Shown piece by piece: positions 22,846-36,373 of a stretch of DNA of 64,000 nt. Location: positions 1 to 64,000 of the forward strand of contig JBEWZL010000119.1 in NCBI GenBank assembly GCA_045837725.1, written 5' to 3'. The notes beneath the pieces are model-generated. The model had not been told where the DNA came from, made no database searches, and saw only the letters and a list, made by a program, of their open reading frames with translations. Source of the stretch: Vermamoeba vermiformis (taxonomy: Eukaryota). Numbering within the stretch: position 1 is the stretch's first letter; each line of letters starts with the position of its first letter. Position numbers and translations under genes: made by a program.

Positions 22846-25800
22846 TTACAAGAGAGAATAGACGGAGCTGATTGACCAGAAGAAGTACAAGTCAGTGATG
22901 CGCTGATTGCCTTCTTTCACTTTGCACATCATGCTGCCACGCAACAGTCGTTCTTCGCCCGTGCCAGGGTAGTCCCACAGTTGTCCTTTGTGCGTGCCAC
23001 GTGCCAGCCAGCGGATGAACACGTTGACGCCATCTGCGACCAGATCTTCAATGTAAAAGACCAGATCAGGAAATGCATTCTGTAGTTCTAATATGTGTTG
23101 CTTGACTGCATCGCGGCCTTGATGCACCGCACCGGCCAGTGAACTGCCGTACACGAGACAGTCCTCGGTGAACAAATCTTGCAGCTCTGAGGAACCGAGT
23201 TAAATAACAGCACGCTACAATTATGACTCCTGAACTTACGATCAAATCGGCGTTGATTGAGCACTTCATTCAAAAATCTCGCGACAATGGTCTTGCGAGC
23301 ACGTACGTCAGGTCGGTCACGGCGCGAGGGCACTGTGCGACCAGAGGCAGGCATGCGCGGTCGTTGTCGCAGTGGGTTCTCAAGCACCGTGTCTGCGCGT
23401 CGTGCGGGCAGTGGAATGAAGAGCTTGAGTTTGGAGGGATAGACGAACAGATTGGTGAGCGACTTCTTCACCAGACCGAACAAGAAGCGTCGCAGCTGCG
23501 GCAACATGCCGAGACGAGTGTTGCGTCCGACCACCGTGATGAGGAAGTCGAATTCAATGTCTGGCGGGGCCACGAAACAGATCTCCATGCGCGTGTTCAC
23601 TTCTGGCGGGAATCTGAAGTGCCACTGCATGTCGCGTCAGTACAAATGTGCGAGTGACACGTGTCACTTACCGTGCCAATGCACTTCTCGATGGACACGC
23701 TGACTTCGAGGGGAATGACAGCGGTCATGGGCTTGGGCCAGTTGACGTAGAACTCGCACGCAGCCGTGAGTCCAAAGCCCTTTTCGTACGTGACCAGTGC
23801 CTCGCCCACCACCTCGTCTGGCGTGCTCGTCGGCATGAAGCGCAGATTGTGGAATTTGAAGAACTGCTCGCCAAAGTCAAAGTTCTTGAGCACCACAGGG
23901 CCCTGATCGATCCGCTGTTAACGGCTGTGTGAGCCATATATGGAGCTACTTACCATAAATGTGCGCTTGGGAATCTTTTCGAACTGATCGCGAATCTTGG
24001 TCTTAATCTCCTCCAAAAATATCTGACAGGTCTGCATGTCGCGGAATATGCGGCCCAAAAACACGTTCAACCAATCACCGCCCGCGCCTGATGTCGCTTC
24101 AGCCCCGACACGTTGCAGCGGCTCTATTTTTAGCTCTGTTGCTTTGCTTTCACTGATCACATCCTCGCCGTCCAAATCTTTCAATTCTTTTTCCAAGAAC
24201 TCGACTTGTGCCTCTTGCAAATCATCACGTGACTCGCTGCTCTCAGTGCTCGCGAGAACTGCATCCGAATCACGTGTTGAGACTGGCAATGCGCGTGCTG
24301 ATTGGCTGACAACGCCTGGCACTGAATCGAGCAAGCCGATCTTCGAGTGCAGCGGCAGATTGGGCACTGAACCCGTCAAATTCTTTTCCCTAATTAGGCA
24401 ATGCCTTATTAATCCAGTCTTCACAGTGCCAGACTGGGTGTTTGCACTTACTTTTTGAGGCCGTTGACAGCATCGACCTTGTCCGAGGACTCAGACTTGC
24501 TGTCCTCATCGTCTGACTTGAGACTGGTCTCGTCGTCCGAGTCACTCACCTCGGTGACAGCTGTCAACATGGCACTCTCGCTGTCAGAGTCGACGTCCTG
24601 ATCCGCACCGTTCTTCGAGTCCCTGCGCTCTTCCACTGTGGCCACACCGCGTGACTGCAGTGCACCGACCCACATGTCAAGCATTGCTTTTGTGGCTGCT
24701 TTGAGCTGATATTTCCTTTTTTGGGCATCCTTTTTCTGTAACAAATCGGGATCAGTATTGATTCGTTCAGTGAAAATCGAGTGCATTACCCCCACTGGAT
24801 CTTGTTGCGAGTCAGGTGACACAGTGACGTGCGGACTGGTCACGTGATTGCTGTGCGTGACGGGAATTTCCACGCTGAAAGTCTTCTTCTTGGTGCGACT
24901 CTTGCGCACTTTGGCTGCAGTGAGATCGATGACACCGAGGGGCAGCGGATCATTGCCGAGCGGTGCAGTCTTGAAGTACTTGAGCTTGTTGCCCTCGAGC
25001 ACAAACCACAGCTTCTCTTTGTTGCTGCTGCCAGGGCGCGGTGAGGTCTTGTCGCGCTTCATCTCCAGCCAGCCCTTCATCGCCATGTTCACATCGTGAT
25101 GCTTCTTGCGCGCACTCAGCGAGCCTGTCTCCGAGGCAAAGGACTCCTCTTCACTAATGGACGGTTCAGTGAACGGTGCGTCGCTGTTGACGCTGTCACG
25201 TCGTGCGCTGAGTGATCGCGCGCTGTCGCGGCTGGTGAGTGAGCGCGCAGAATTGGTCTGCAGCGTGTCCTGCTTGTTGCTCGCACTGCTGGCCGCGAGA
25301 TCACTGACGAATGAGAGCGAGGTCGATGTGGCAGCACGTGACATGGCGAGCGAGGCACTGGAACTCTCTGACTCGCGCACACTCGACTCGGACTGTTCGC
25401 CGCTGTGTTCTTCTTTCTTCTGACGCTTCTCTTCGCGCTTGCGCTCTTTCTTCTCGCGCTCTTCACGCTTCTTCTCGGCCATGCGCTGACGGCGATCTTC
25501 TTTGTCTTTTTTCCTAATAAGGCAAGTCAGTCACTCGCCACCGGTGGTCAGTCAGAGCTGGCACTTACTTGCGCTCTTCGCGTTCTTTGCGCCGCTCTTC
25601 TTTGTCTTTGTCGTCTTTGTCCTTGTCCTTGTCACGCGCCCGCGCTTCTTTTTCGCGCTTTTTGTCGCGCTTGCTCTTGACGGAGAGCGGCAAGTCGCTG
25701 TTGAAATCTACCAGGGTCAATTGCAAGCGCAACTCACCCTGCGACTTGACTTTGCCTTGTTTGGTGCTGGCAACACCCTGAAAAGGCAAGTACAAATCTT

Positions 25801-26773
25801 TGGGGTGGTCTTTCACCAACTCTGCGAGGGACACTGAAATTTCACCCTGACGAGGACAGCGCACTTAGTCACGTGACATGCGCGCTAAAAATAGCAGCAA
25901 TGATACGTACGAGTGGTTCTTTGGGCTTGTCACCGTCAAACAGCTGCACTTCGAGCTTGTCAGCCTGCGCGTCCTCCACCATCAACACGAAGCTCTCACC
26001 CCACTGCAACAAGCGCTGTCAGTCACTGCATCACGTGCTCCACACACGTGCATCACGCGATCACGTGACGGTGTTGGGCATCATCGACCAGGGCTACTTA
26101 CCTTGGGTGTCAAAGTATTCAATAGCGTGCGTGTCTTCACGGTCTGGTCGTTCAATTTTATCTTCAAGAATGGATCTGGCATGCCTGATAATAGTACCGC
26201 ATTAATATAGTGCTTCGTTCAGTGCTGCGCTGACTGGAATTCTGAATCCAAATCCGTTGACGGACCGGAGCAAATAAAATCTCAAAGCTGCGTTACAGTC
26301 GACCAGTAATAATGTTTTGTGAATTATATAGCAAATATTGTTGCTTTGGAATTTTTAAAAATCAAAAATAATAGCACAAAGTCTTCGTATTAATTAAATT
26401 ACCGTTGTTATCGGCTGCTACAATTCCAGAGGCTTCAAATACTTCACATATTAACTATAAACATGCAAATAATCGTTAGGATCAAATTCCGACAGAGTAT
26501 CTTTACGGGCGCAGACGTTGATCGGCTTACCTTGCGCTGTTTGCTGTCTTGCAAAATAGTCGCTGAGGCTGCTGACCCAACAGTGGGGGGCAGCTTAATT
26601 ATTACTGGTGCTTGTTTGGGCAAGTTCTTCGCGCCTAAGTCCGGGAAGGTTGCAATCTGCCGTTCAATCTTGCGTGTTTTGTCGTTAAGGAACCAGATGA
26701 GCAACGTGCCAACACCAACGACCCCACATATCATACCCGATATGAATAGGGTTACTGCAAATACGAAGCCCAT
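22846..26773 (-). CDS. Membrane contact-site protein: N-terminal TM - C2 - PH - SMP (TULIP) - SnoaL-like/NTF2-fold domain
   Basis: TM MGFVFAVTLF..; C2 PDPFLKIKL..WGESF..GEISVSLAEL..GELRLQL; PH KGWLEMK..WFVLEGNKLKYFK..MWVGAL; SMP DWLNVFLGRIF..NFDFG..LFVYP; C-terminal AFPDLVFYIEDLVADG..RWLARGTHKG..PGTG. Confidence 0.8.
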
Positions 26774-27771
26774 GGCTAGTGCGTTGTTCTGTGTTGCATC
26801 GTCACGGATTTCAATTCGTTTGTAATTTTTACGGCAGTTCACTTCGCACACAACACAATCTTAGTCAAAGAATGGTCGTGATTCTCCTCCGAATGGTCAT
26901 ATGACTGGCTAAACGTTTAGCCACGTCAGACAATCGCAGGCTAAGAGTATTTCATTGAAAATCATTTTGTACTCGGAAGCGGCGTTAGATCCGACAAGTT
27001 TTGAATTCGACGTTTATTTCGAGTCTTTACGGAATTCTTTAGGCCATATTATTAATTCGATGATACTATTTCAGTCAGCGCGATCCAGAGCGGGCCGTTG
27101 AGTACGAAAATGGATGCAATCTTTATATTTGTCAATTCTCAAGGAACCGAATGCAGCAGGAACAGAACGTTGATGATAACACCACTGAGTTAATATAGCC
27201 AAACAATAGTTAGAGCACTCCGCCAATAAAAGAAGACACCAATATTAATCGCAGATAGGCACCCTGGGAGTGCCCGCACCGTTTTGATTAGTTCGTGAAA
27301 CAAACAAAAACACGGACATGGCCACAGCTCAGCACTGCGGCACTATATTATATAAGTTTGTGGTGCGCTCATTATCAATTTAAGGTGCCGAGTCAGATCG
27401 AGCGCCGGATTTTTCTGTCTATTTTGCTTAAAAAAATTGAATTTAAGGAAAGACAATCAATTTTGGGTGCAACCGCTTTAGTCACACCAGCGAAAATTAA
27501 TTAAAATATTAAAGAAGCCCTCCCTAAGCACTAGTTTTCCGTCTTCATTTGTGGTGCTCCTCAAAAATAAATGTTTGGGCGCAAAGTCAACGTCAATCAG
27601 CGTCGGGAGTTAGAAATTTGGTAGAACGTATCAGCTATTCTATGACGTTTTGTAATTCACAAAAGTGGTGATTCAAAGACCAAATTTTACGGTAACTATT
27701 GTTTGGCTATATTATTTATTTTACAAGGGTTTATTTACAATTAACGCTTCGTAATACGAGCAGATACGTTC

Positions 27772-28806
27772 TTAATGGTGTTTGTCTTTATCGTGATGAT
27801 GGTGATGGTGCTTGTCCTTCTCCTTCTCCTTATCTTTGTCCTTGTCCTTGTCCTTATCTTTGTCTTTGTCTTTCTTGTCTTTGTCTTTTTTCTTGAAGAT
27901 CTTGCTCAGCGCGAAGGGACGTTTGTTCTTGCGCTCGTTATTCGCAGTCATTTGTGCCGCAGCACTGGGGATGAGTGCTGCGAGTAGATTTTGACCAGTC
28001 TGCGGTGCTCCAAGCGGGAAATCAAGCGAGATCGAGCGCTGCCCACGCTGTCGCTCTTGTCGCTTGGCGCTCGTCGATTGACTGCGCTGATTGCGCTGCT
28101 GTTCGACGCTGTTGATCACCATCTCGATCTGCACATCGCGCGCTAGCTCCTCGGTGTCGGTGAAGGCCACGCTCTGCATCAAGAGCAGATCGAAACTGCG
28201 CGCTAAGACTTGGTGCCGCACAAACTTGATCGTCGTCAGATCTGCTTCTAATTCCTGCAAGAAGTGTTAGAAAGTCGGTCATACTACACATGACTACGCA
28301 CCTCGCGTTTATTGAGCACAAACTGCTTGCTCAGCAACAAAGCCGACAACATCTGCCGCGCACTGTTCTGCTGCGCGATGAGCTTGCTGTACAAGAGATG
28401 GAAATTAGAGCTCGTGTAATGAAGGTGATGTGGTGTATAAGTACCTTTTGATAGTGCGTTGCTTTTCAAGTTTAGTTTCGAGCTCGGTCGATTTCTGCTC
28501 CAAATCTGACAACTTATCGCGCAGTCGTTGGAGCTGAGTATTATCATTATATTGTTCATTGTTATATTATTTTCGAATTACCTCGTCATTTTCTTTCTTC
28601 TCTTTCAATCGTTGATAATTATAAAGCAAAGCAATAAATTGATCGTCCAATATTTTTTTAATTTGTTGTGGATCTGTAATAATCGTTTCGTTCTTTTTGC
28701 CAGTAGATCCTGGCTTGCGTTGTGCATTTGCTGCCAATCGGAACAACAGCACTTCATTCCGTCGCTTCATTCGGTCACGCCACCGATCTTCGAGGGTAGC
28801 GCTCAT
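27772..28806 (-). CDS. Uncharacterised coiled-coil protein with KD-repeat and poly-His tail
   Basis: ORF segments joined by plausible short introns; no recognised domain. Confidence 0.55.
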
Positions 28807-29007
28807 TTTCACTCGTGTTGCTTTACTACAGCTGTATTGTCGAACTGAATATTGATGTGCCTTCAATATGGTAGCATTATCAATCTTATATTGTGTGCGT
28901 CGCAACGGTCAAATTTAAATCACTGCCGACAAGTTATCGGTCAATTTGAACAGGGGAGACTAGTGTCGCTGTATATTAACAAGTTTATGACAATTTTGTA
29001 CAAGAGA

Positions 29008-32000
29008 TTAGAAGCCGAATTCACTGGGCTTGTGCTTGCCCTCGCCGAACAATTCGTTCCAGCGATGCAGCTCGGCAATGGAAAGTGATTTGTCCGAGAC
29101 CGTGGGCTTGACTTCATTCAGCGCGGCGAGGAAGTCGGCGTGGTTGAGTGGTCGCAAGTACTCCGAGCCCACTGCACCAGTGGCGCTGTTGTTGCCCTCG
29201 TTCTGACGCAGATCCGACATGAACTTGCGCACGGCTTGGTACGAGGCCGCTACACAGAGGGCCTTGAGATCACTGCCTGAATAGCCCTGTGTCTTGCTCG
29301 CGATCTCAGTCAAGTCGACATCCGCTGCGAGCTCTTCGTGCTGCAGTACTTTTTGCAAGATCTGCACGCGCGCAGCTTGATCGGGCAGATCCACCAACAA
29401 ACGACGCGAGAGACGACGCAGCACGGCATCATCGAGATCGAAGGGCCTGTTCGTAGCGGCCATCACGAGCACCTTGTTGCCCGAAGCAGACTTGAGTCCG
29501 TCCCAGTGCGCCATGAACTCGTTCTTCATGCGACGCGAGGCCTCGTGTTCAAAGCCACCGCGCGCCGAGAGCAGCGAGTCTACTTCGTCGATGAATATGA
29601 TCGAGGGGGACAGCTTGCGCGCGAGTGAGAACAGCCCTGAGACGTACTTCTCAGCATCGCCGTACCACTTGGAGGTGAGCGAGGACATGCTGATGTTGAT
29701 GAAGGTCGCGTGGGACTCTTTGGCCACGGCCTTGGCGAGCATGGTCTTGCCGGTGCCGGGGGGACCGAACAGCAAGATGCCACTCGAGGCACGGCGCAAG
29801 GTACCGCGCGAGAACAGCACGGGGTGTGTCATGGGCAGGATGGCGAGTTCGTGCAGCGCTTCTTTGACCTTGGGCAGCGCACCAATGTCGTTGAATGTCA
29901 CGTCAATCTCGTGCGGATGAACGACAGCGGCGAGCAAGTTCTGTTCGTACTCGGTGAGATCGGACGATTTGATCTTCTTCGCCACGGGGTCTGCTGTTTG
30001 CAGGCGCGCGAACACGTGTGCGGCGTGTGAGATGGACTCGCTGGAGAGTGGCACGGGCTGCTTGTTGTTGTGACTGCGCGTCAGTTCTTTGACGAGCTTG
30101 TGCGTCATGGCGTGGTGATTCATCGCCCAGGACACGACCAGCTCGAGTTCTTTTTGCGTCAGACGCTAAACATAGTGTCAGTGAGCGATGACAGGTGTCA
30201 AAGTGCGATCAGTGTCACGTACTCGTTCAGTGAGAATGTCATTCGCAATGCCGTCAATGACTTGAATGTTGTTCTTGTCGAATATGCTCTGCAGACGCAC
30301 AATGTTGCGCATGGGAATGTAGCTCTTGTGATCGTTCTCCAACATGGTCTTCCACTGCTCTTGCTGCACGACAATAAGAAGGTTAGTGCGCGCTAATCAA
30401 TACGAACTAATGCTGAGCAGTCACGTGCCTCGTCTACATTGCGCGGCGGTGAAATGTCAATGGGGCTCGTGGACATGTCGCGCACTATTTGCTGCACTTG
30501 TTTGGCATTCTGTTGCGAGGCCATCAGAGCTGCAAATGGATCGTCCATCACCGCATCTTTCTTTGCAGATCCGCCCTGACGGAAGAGCGGGAATATCGCT
30601 GCTTGCACTTCACCTTCTTTTTTGGTCTTTTCTTCTTGTTGTTTGATCGATGACACTGCACGCAAGTCAGTATTTGACACGTGTCACTCTCCGCACATCA
30701 CTACGTACCGACAAACACGACGGGCAGTGTGTTGCGCTGATGATACCAAGCGGTGTTTTTGATGGCAGGCAAGAGCTGCTTGTACACGAGGGGACTGACA
30801 TTGCGAATGAACACCACGGCGGGTGTGCGGGCCTCTATGCTGCGTGCTTGTTCGCGTGTCAGCAGCGTGAACAGCGCTCGACTGAGTGGTGCGGGTTAGT
30901 ATTTGACACGTGTCACAGGCACTGAACATCACTTACACGGCGAGTGTGGCCTCGTCAGATTGCGAGCGTTGTTGTGAGCGACGAATCAAGCGATCAAAGT
31001 ACGCAGCTTCATCTTGATCTGCGCGCTCATCGTCGAATTCGTCCTCCTCGTCCTCGTCTTCGTCTTTGCGCGCACTCTGCTTGCGCTCATCGTCCTCCGC
31101 ATCGTCGTGCTTGTGGCGCTCTTGCAGCTGGGCCAGTGCTTCAAACAGTCCGCCCTGTCCGCCCAAGTCCTTGGCGTCGTGCTGCTCTTTGAGATCCAAG
31201 CGCTCCACGTCAAAGTCCACAAACACGGCGTTGTGGTGCTTCGCCAGTGCTTTGCACAGCTGTTCTTGGTACAGCTCGGTGCCGCGCGGACCGAACAGAC
31301 TGATGACGGGCTTGTTGATGGCGCTGTACTGCCGCTTGACGAGCAGTTCGGGCTGTTGCAGTGCCACGTGACTGCTGTGTATCAGCGCGCTCTGCAGGGA
31401 CTCGTGCAGCGGATAGGGGAAGCTGTGGAAGGAGACGGTGATGTCCTTGGCACTGGTGGTGAGTTGCAGCAGTGTCTGCGTGTATTGTTTGAGCGCGCTC
31501 TGTTCGTGCATGGACAGCGGGGGAGGCACTTGCGCCCCACGTCCCCCACTGCCACCAAACTTGTTGTACAGCGAGGGCATGCGCTTGCGGAGCCTGAAGC
31601 GGTGTTAGTGTGCATGCGTGGCAGTGACACTCAACACAGCACCCATGTGCGCGGTACTTACGTGCGCTTGATTGGAGCACGTGACTCGAGTGTGACAGGC
31701 TGATCTGTGATCGAGACTGCATTGGCTGTGTCTGAGAATCGGGTGAGGACTTGGTGTTGCGCTGCACATCGCATTAAATACGTACTAGTTTGTTTGTCGG
31801 ACTTCTTCAACAGCCACAGACTCGTTGTCAGTGTTCGTTGCTCCATCCGCTGAAAAATTTCGTGGTTAGCAAGCAAAATTTTCTCAATATTAATAACATA
31901 ATATATATGATATGTATTAACAATAATAATGGATGGCGATAATATTACAAATTATTTGTAAATAGAAAATTAATTTTGGATCAGCTTACTGGCAAGGGGC

Positions 32001-32052
32001 TGCGAATTTTGAGAGAACGACAACGAGCGACTATATTGGCTAGTGTGTACAT
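29008..32052 (-). CDS. AAA+ ATPase of the MSP1/ATAD1-related clade with long N-terminal extension
   Basis: VTFNDIGAL, GILLFGPPGTGKT, IFIDEVDS, KNEFMAHWDG, AATNRPFDLD.AVLRR, W..LFGEG; start codon tentative. Confidence 0.85.
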
Positions 32053-32311
32053 GCTGTGTGTATTTATATAGTGAATAGGACTACTGTCTCGCTGGTGCTG
32101 AGGTTACGAGTTGTTTGATCCGCTAAACTGAGTGAGGTCAGATCGAATGGCCGTTATATTTGTGGATCGTATAATCAGTTCTATACAGTGGTATTCACAT
32201 ATACAAACAAGAGCTGAAATAACTGCGCGCAGATCAAGCAGAAAATTATTGCACGGAACACAGAATTATTTTTTATTTTATTTACACGACAATAGGAGAG
32301 TGTTGAATATC

Positions 32312-32983
32312 ATGGGCGGAGGTCACGGAGATCACCCTGCTTATCCTCGTCGTGTGTGGACTCCTTATGGAGGCTGGTGGTACACGCCTGCGAACTGGCA
32401 GAAAAACACTCAAATCGGCTTGATCGGCGCTGCTGTTCTCAGCTTTGGTGTGCTTATATACTCATCTAATAGAGAGGTATTTTATCGTATTATTCTGTTG
32501 TATTTCATGACTCTGTTGGTCAATTTTTATTATTGATATTTTTTGATAATAATTGTTTTAATTATTGTGCTGGTATCAATACCGTTATATATTGTTCTAG
32601 TAACATATTAATATACAATACACAATATTATGCTGCTTATTATGAATTACAACAACTTTTTATTCCATATTATTTGATTATTCACCCTAATAATTCAAAT
32701 CGCGTTCAATATTAATAATATGCACTCTATGCACGTAGAATAGGAAATATAATTATATACATGTATTTTATAATGCGACTATAACACGATGATGTAGCAA
32801 TATTAACTGGTCTTACCGCAGCGTCGATTACGAAACCCAGTCCGTCCAGTGCCCACGCAACTGATCCAAAAACACACGCTGACGGACATGCCAGACTATT
32901 ATGAGAAGAAAGCGGAATATAACAAGAACAAAAAATCAATTTTCAAGCGCATCTTCCCCACCGCTGAAGATGAGGAACATTAA
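32312..32983 (+). CDS. Small mitochondrial membrane protein resembling complex I accessory subunit NUUM
   Basis: MGGGH..YPRRVWTPYGGWWYTPANWQKNT + single TM + RE|RR; one 345-nt AT-rich intron 32477-32821. Confidence 0.65.
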
Positions 32984-34128
32984 GTGCTGCAGTCTGATTT
33001 AACAGTCCAAAAGCAACGTTATATATTGTACATGTGACATAAATATTTATCGAATCCATATCAGCGTTTTTAAACGACAACCAGCAACCAAGATCCGATC
33101 AGATCCAAAATTAAAATTAAAAAATATGCCCCAATAACCCCCCATATCCCATATTAATTTTTTTAAATATTATTGTTAATGTTGCTGCAAAACGGATCGA
33201 AAACCTCATAGAACAACTCGGCCAGGAACGAGATTGCAGCGGTTGCTTTACCGACACGACGCGAGGACCCACACAGATGTGCGTGGTGCTGCTCATAACG
33301 AACAACACCTGCACTCATGCGCGTCCCATAGTACGTCACATCGGCTATCAACTTGAGTGTGTTGCGATGATTTTTGCGCCTTTTGTGCCTGATCGCCACT
33401 ACAACCGTTGTGGGACAAACAAGAGGGTTGAGGCCTCGTCGATTAGAGTTAGAGGTAGTGTTAGTGGTAGTGTTAATGCTTCATCAATAGCGCACTCGAG
33501 TACTTAACACTAGCACAGAGCTCGTTAGTCGTTACATGATCACCAATGAGAGTAATTTAGTGCCCCATCGCCCAACGGTGGATCTGAATAAGGCAAGTGA
33601 GCTCGATGGTGCATTGGTGTGCAGTAAACGTTCAATTCGGAGGTTATCTGTCATCGAACAGTTGCAATTCTTAATTAGGACTAATTTCCGTGAGATTTCA
33701 CTCGTCGATATTAAGCATTGCTAGCACTGTAGCAGCTCAGCGAGCATCGATTGATTGAATATGCAATGCCTACATATTGTCCTGGAATACAGACTCCTTA
33801 GCTGTTGCATTGTCATCTGTACGGAACTGATCGGATCTCCTCAGACACTAAACAGGTAAATGAGCTTATGAGAGCACAGTATCAATGCACCAGTATTCAG
33901 TTCGATTGTAAGACGGCCAGTTGAGGCACCAGACAGAGAACTCTCGTAGTTTTCAAGCACGTGTCAAGTCGGACACAACGCAGCTGAAAAAAAGTTTTGT
34001 ATTTGTTTGTTTACATAGTAGGACTAGTGGCAGCACCTTATGACCCTCTGTTAGGACAGTATTCATCGAGGGGACTATTCAATTTACATCGGAGGAACCA
34101 GTCAATTTTGATTAAACACTACAACGAG

Positions 34129-36259
34129 ATGAGTAAATCTCCATCACGCACTGTGCCTCAAGCATGCTTTTTGTGTCTGGTAGGCGCATATACTATTTGC
34201 ATATTCATAGGCACTATCGGCACTTATTTCTCGAGAATACAAAATGATTCGCTGCGCTAATTGCAGATCCAGCAATCGATTCAATTTGGTCCAATATGCC
34301 ATGCCATATAACACTGCAGATTAATAACGAATTTTGACCGGTTTTTTCTCAATTTACAGAAAGAAGGAGGCGAATGCGATCTGCAGCGACCGTGTGGACG
34401 GTGCAAGGGCCTGAATGTGCCGCACATGTGTTTCGGCGTGGAACTCAATCAGAAAGGACCGCACCAGAGCAGCGCGAGCACCACTAGCACCACTCCTAAG
34501 GACGACAAGCTCGGACCCTACGGCATCAACAAGAAACGCAAGCGAGGTACGTGTTGAGCTGTTGGACGTTGCAGCGCACGATTATACCACGCATTTAATA
34601 TGCTATTCTCACTTGTTGCTCCAAATTGAGTGATTTTACTGCTCGATCCAACAAATTTGAAATTGAATGGTGCCATAACTGTAACGGCGATTATTAACAA
34701 AGCAATATTAACGAGCACCGTCGCGGCTATTAATATAGATACTAACGACGTATATTGCAGCGGATTTGAGCGTTGAAATACAGACCTACGGCAACATGAC
34801 GCCGCAGAGTCCGACCAACAACTCGATCAGCGCGCCACCGCCCATTGGACCGGGCTTTGAGACTAAGGAAGATATGATGAAGATCAACGTCTTTCTCATG
34901 CAAGAAATACGCAAGATTAAGCAAGATCAGCTGCGGATGCAAGACGAAGTGAGCTACTTGCGCCACCAGAACGACGTGCTGATCGACAAGCTGAACAAAC
35001 TCTCCGTCTCAGGCCTCAACAATCTGCCGCCACCCACGCCCAATCCTGCACTCCCTGCTGGCACACAGCCCGCTCCGAGCAGCGCGGCCACACCGAGCAG
35101 TCGCGTGGAGGGGTCGATGGCGCAGATGCTGGCCACTGACCGCGCGATGGTGGTGTTCGATCTGATCAAGAGCCCCGCGATTGTACTCACTGCCAACGAG
35201 CACTTCTGTCAACTGTTCGGCTACAAGCTCGAAGAAGTGATTGGCATGCCCTGGAAGAAGTTCATTCACCCCGACTACCTCGAGCGCACCACCGCCATTC
35301 TGCGACAGAAGAACTTGCAAGCGGCGATTCAATTCACGCAAGTGTACCGCAACAGCGAGGGCATGACCTTTGTGGCCCTCGACACGCACTCGTTCTTCTT
35401 CGGCAATCACGGCACACCGCGCGCTGATCTCGTCACCGTGCAGCCCTTGCAACCCTCGCTGCAGACTGCACTGCCCTCACCGGCCTCGCGTCACTACTGG
35501 CCCGTGTCTGGCTCCACGCAGGGCACGCTCGCTGGTCAACCGCCGAGTGCGCTGCCCAATGCGAGTGGTCAAAGCGTGCCCCCGCAGCAACAGATGCAAG
35601 CACCGCAAACAGCGCAGCCAGTCAGCGGTCCATTCGGCATTCCCATCGACGTCAATGCCTACAACGCGCAGGGCATGACGCACAGTGGCCATCAGTCGCA
35701 CGAGCAGCACGAAAGCGAGGCGCAGAAGAGACCAGTCGCAGCACCGCAGTCCAATCCTCCGCGCGGCACTCAGAACACCGCGTCCATCGAGCCCATGTCG
35801 CCGCAGATCACCGAACACATTGGCAGCACCGCGAACATGACCATCACTAGCACGCAAGAGATTTTGGACGACGAGCCGCACGACAACTACGTCGGATCAA
35901 TGCACGGTCACGGACACATGAACGGACACATGACTCACAGTCACGTGCCTGTCACTCCGCAGATGTCTGGACACATGGCACACGCACAGAGCGCGCAGAA
36001 CAGTCACGTGCCTGTTTCACCGTCCCCCGTGCCACTCTCACCCAATGTCTTCGCACAGAGTGATCGCGCTATTTATGGCAATGGCATGTTCCCCTCGATG
36101 GGCGCATACGACGCCACGACTGCTGGCTACATGCCATCACCTTATATGTACAGTGCCAGTCCCAATCCTGGCAATGACCCGCACGTGCAAGGCGAGTCAC
36201 TAGAATCACTGGAGGGTCTGGATCAGGACGACGAAATTATCTCGCACTTCTTCAGGTAA
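34129..36259 (+). CDS. Zn(II)2Cys6 binuclear cluster + coiled coil + PAS domain transcription factor (Ert1/Rds2/Gsm1-like architecture)
   Basis: Spliced ACFLC-LKEGGE-CDLQRPCGRC-KGLNVPHM-C; NLS KKRKR; PAS ANEHFCQLFGYKLEEVIG..FIHPDY; acidic C-terminus. Confidence 0.8.
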
Positions 36260-36373
36260 AAATCGAATGTAATGTCAATCTTGTAAATAGTAACTTAAAT
36301 TAAACGTGTATTAAATATAACACTTGAGCTTTATTTACAAGGGTAGAACATATGTACAATCGGGTGCACTGCT

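Noticed and set aside
32477-32821. Unusually long intron as a possible snoRNA host
   Set aside because: No intact C/D or H/ACA boxes seen; extremely AT-rich
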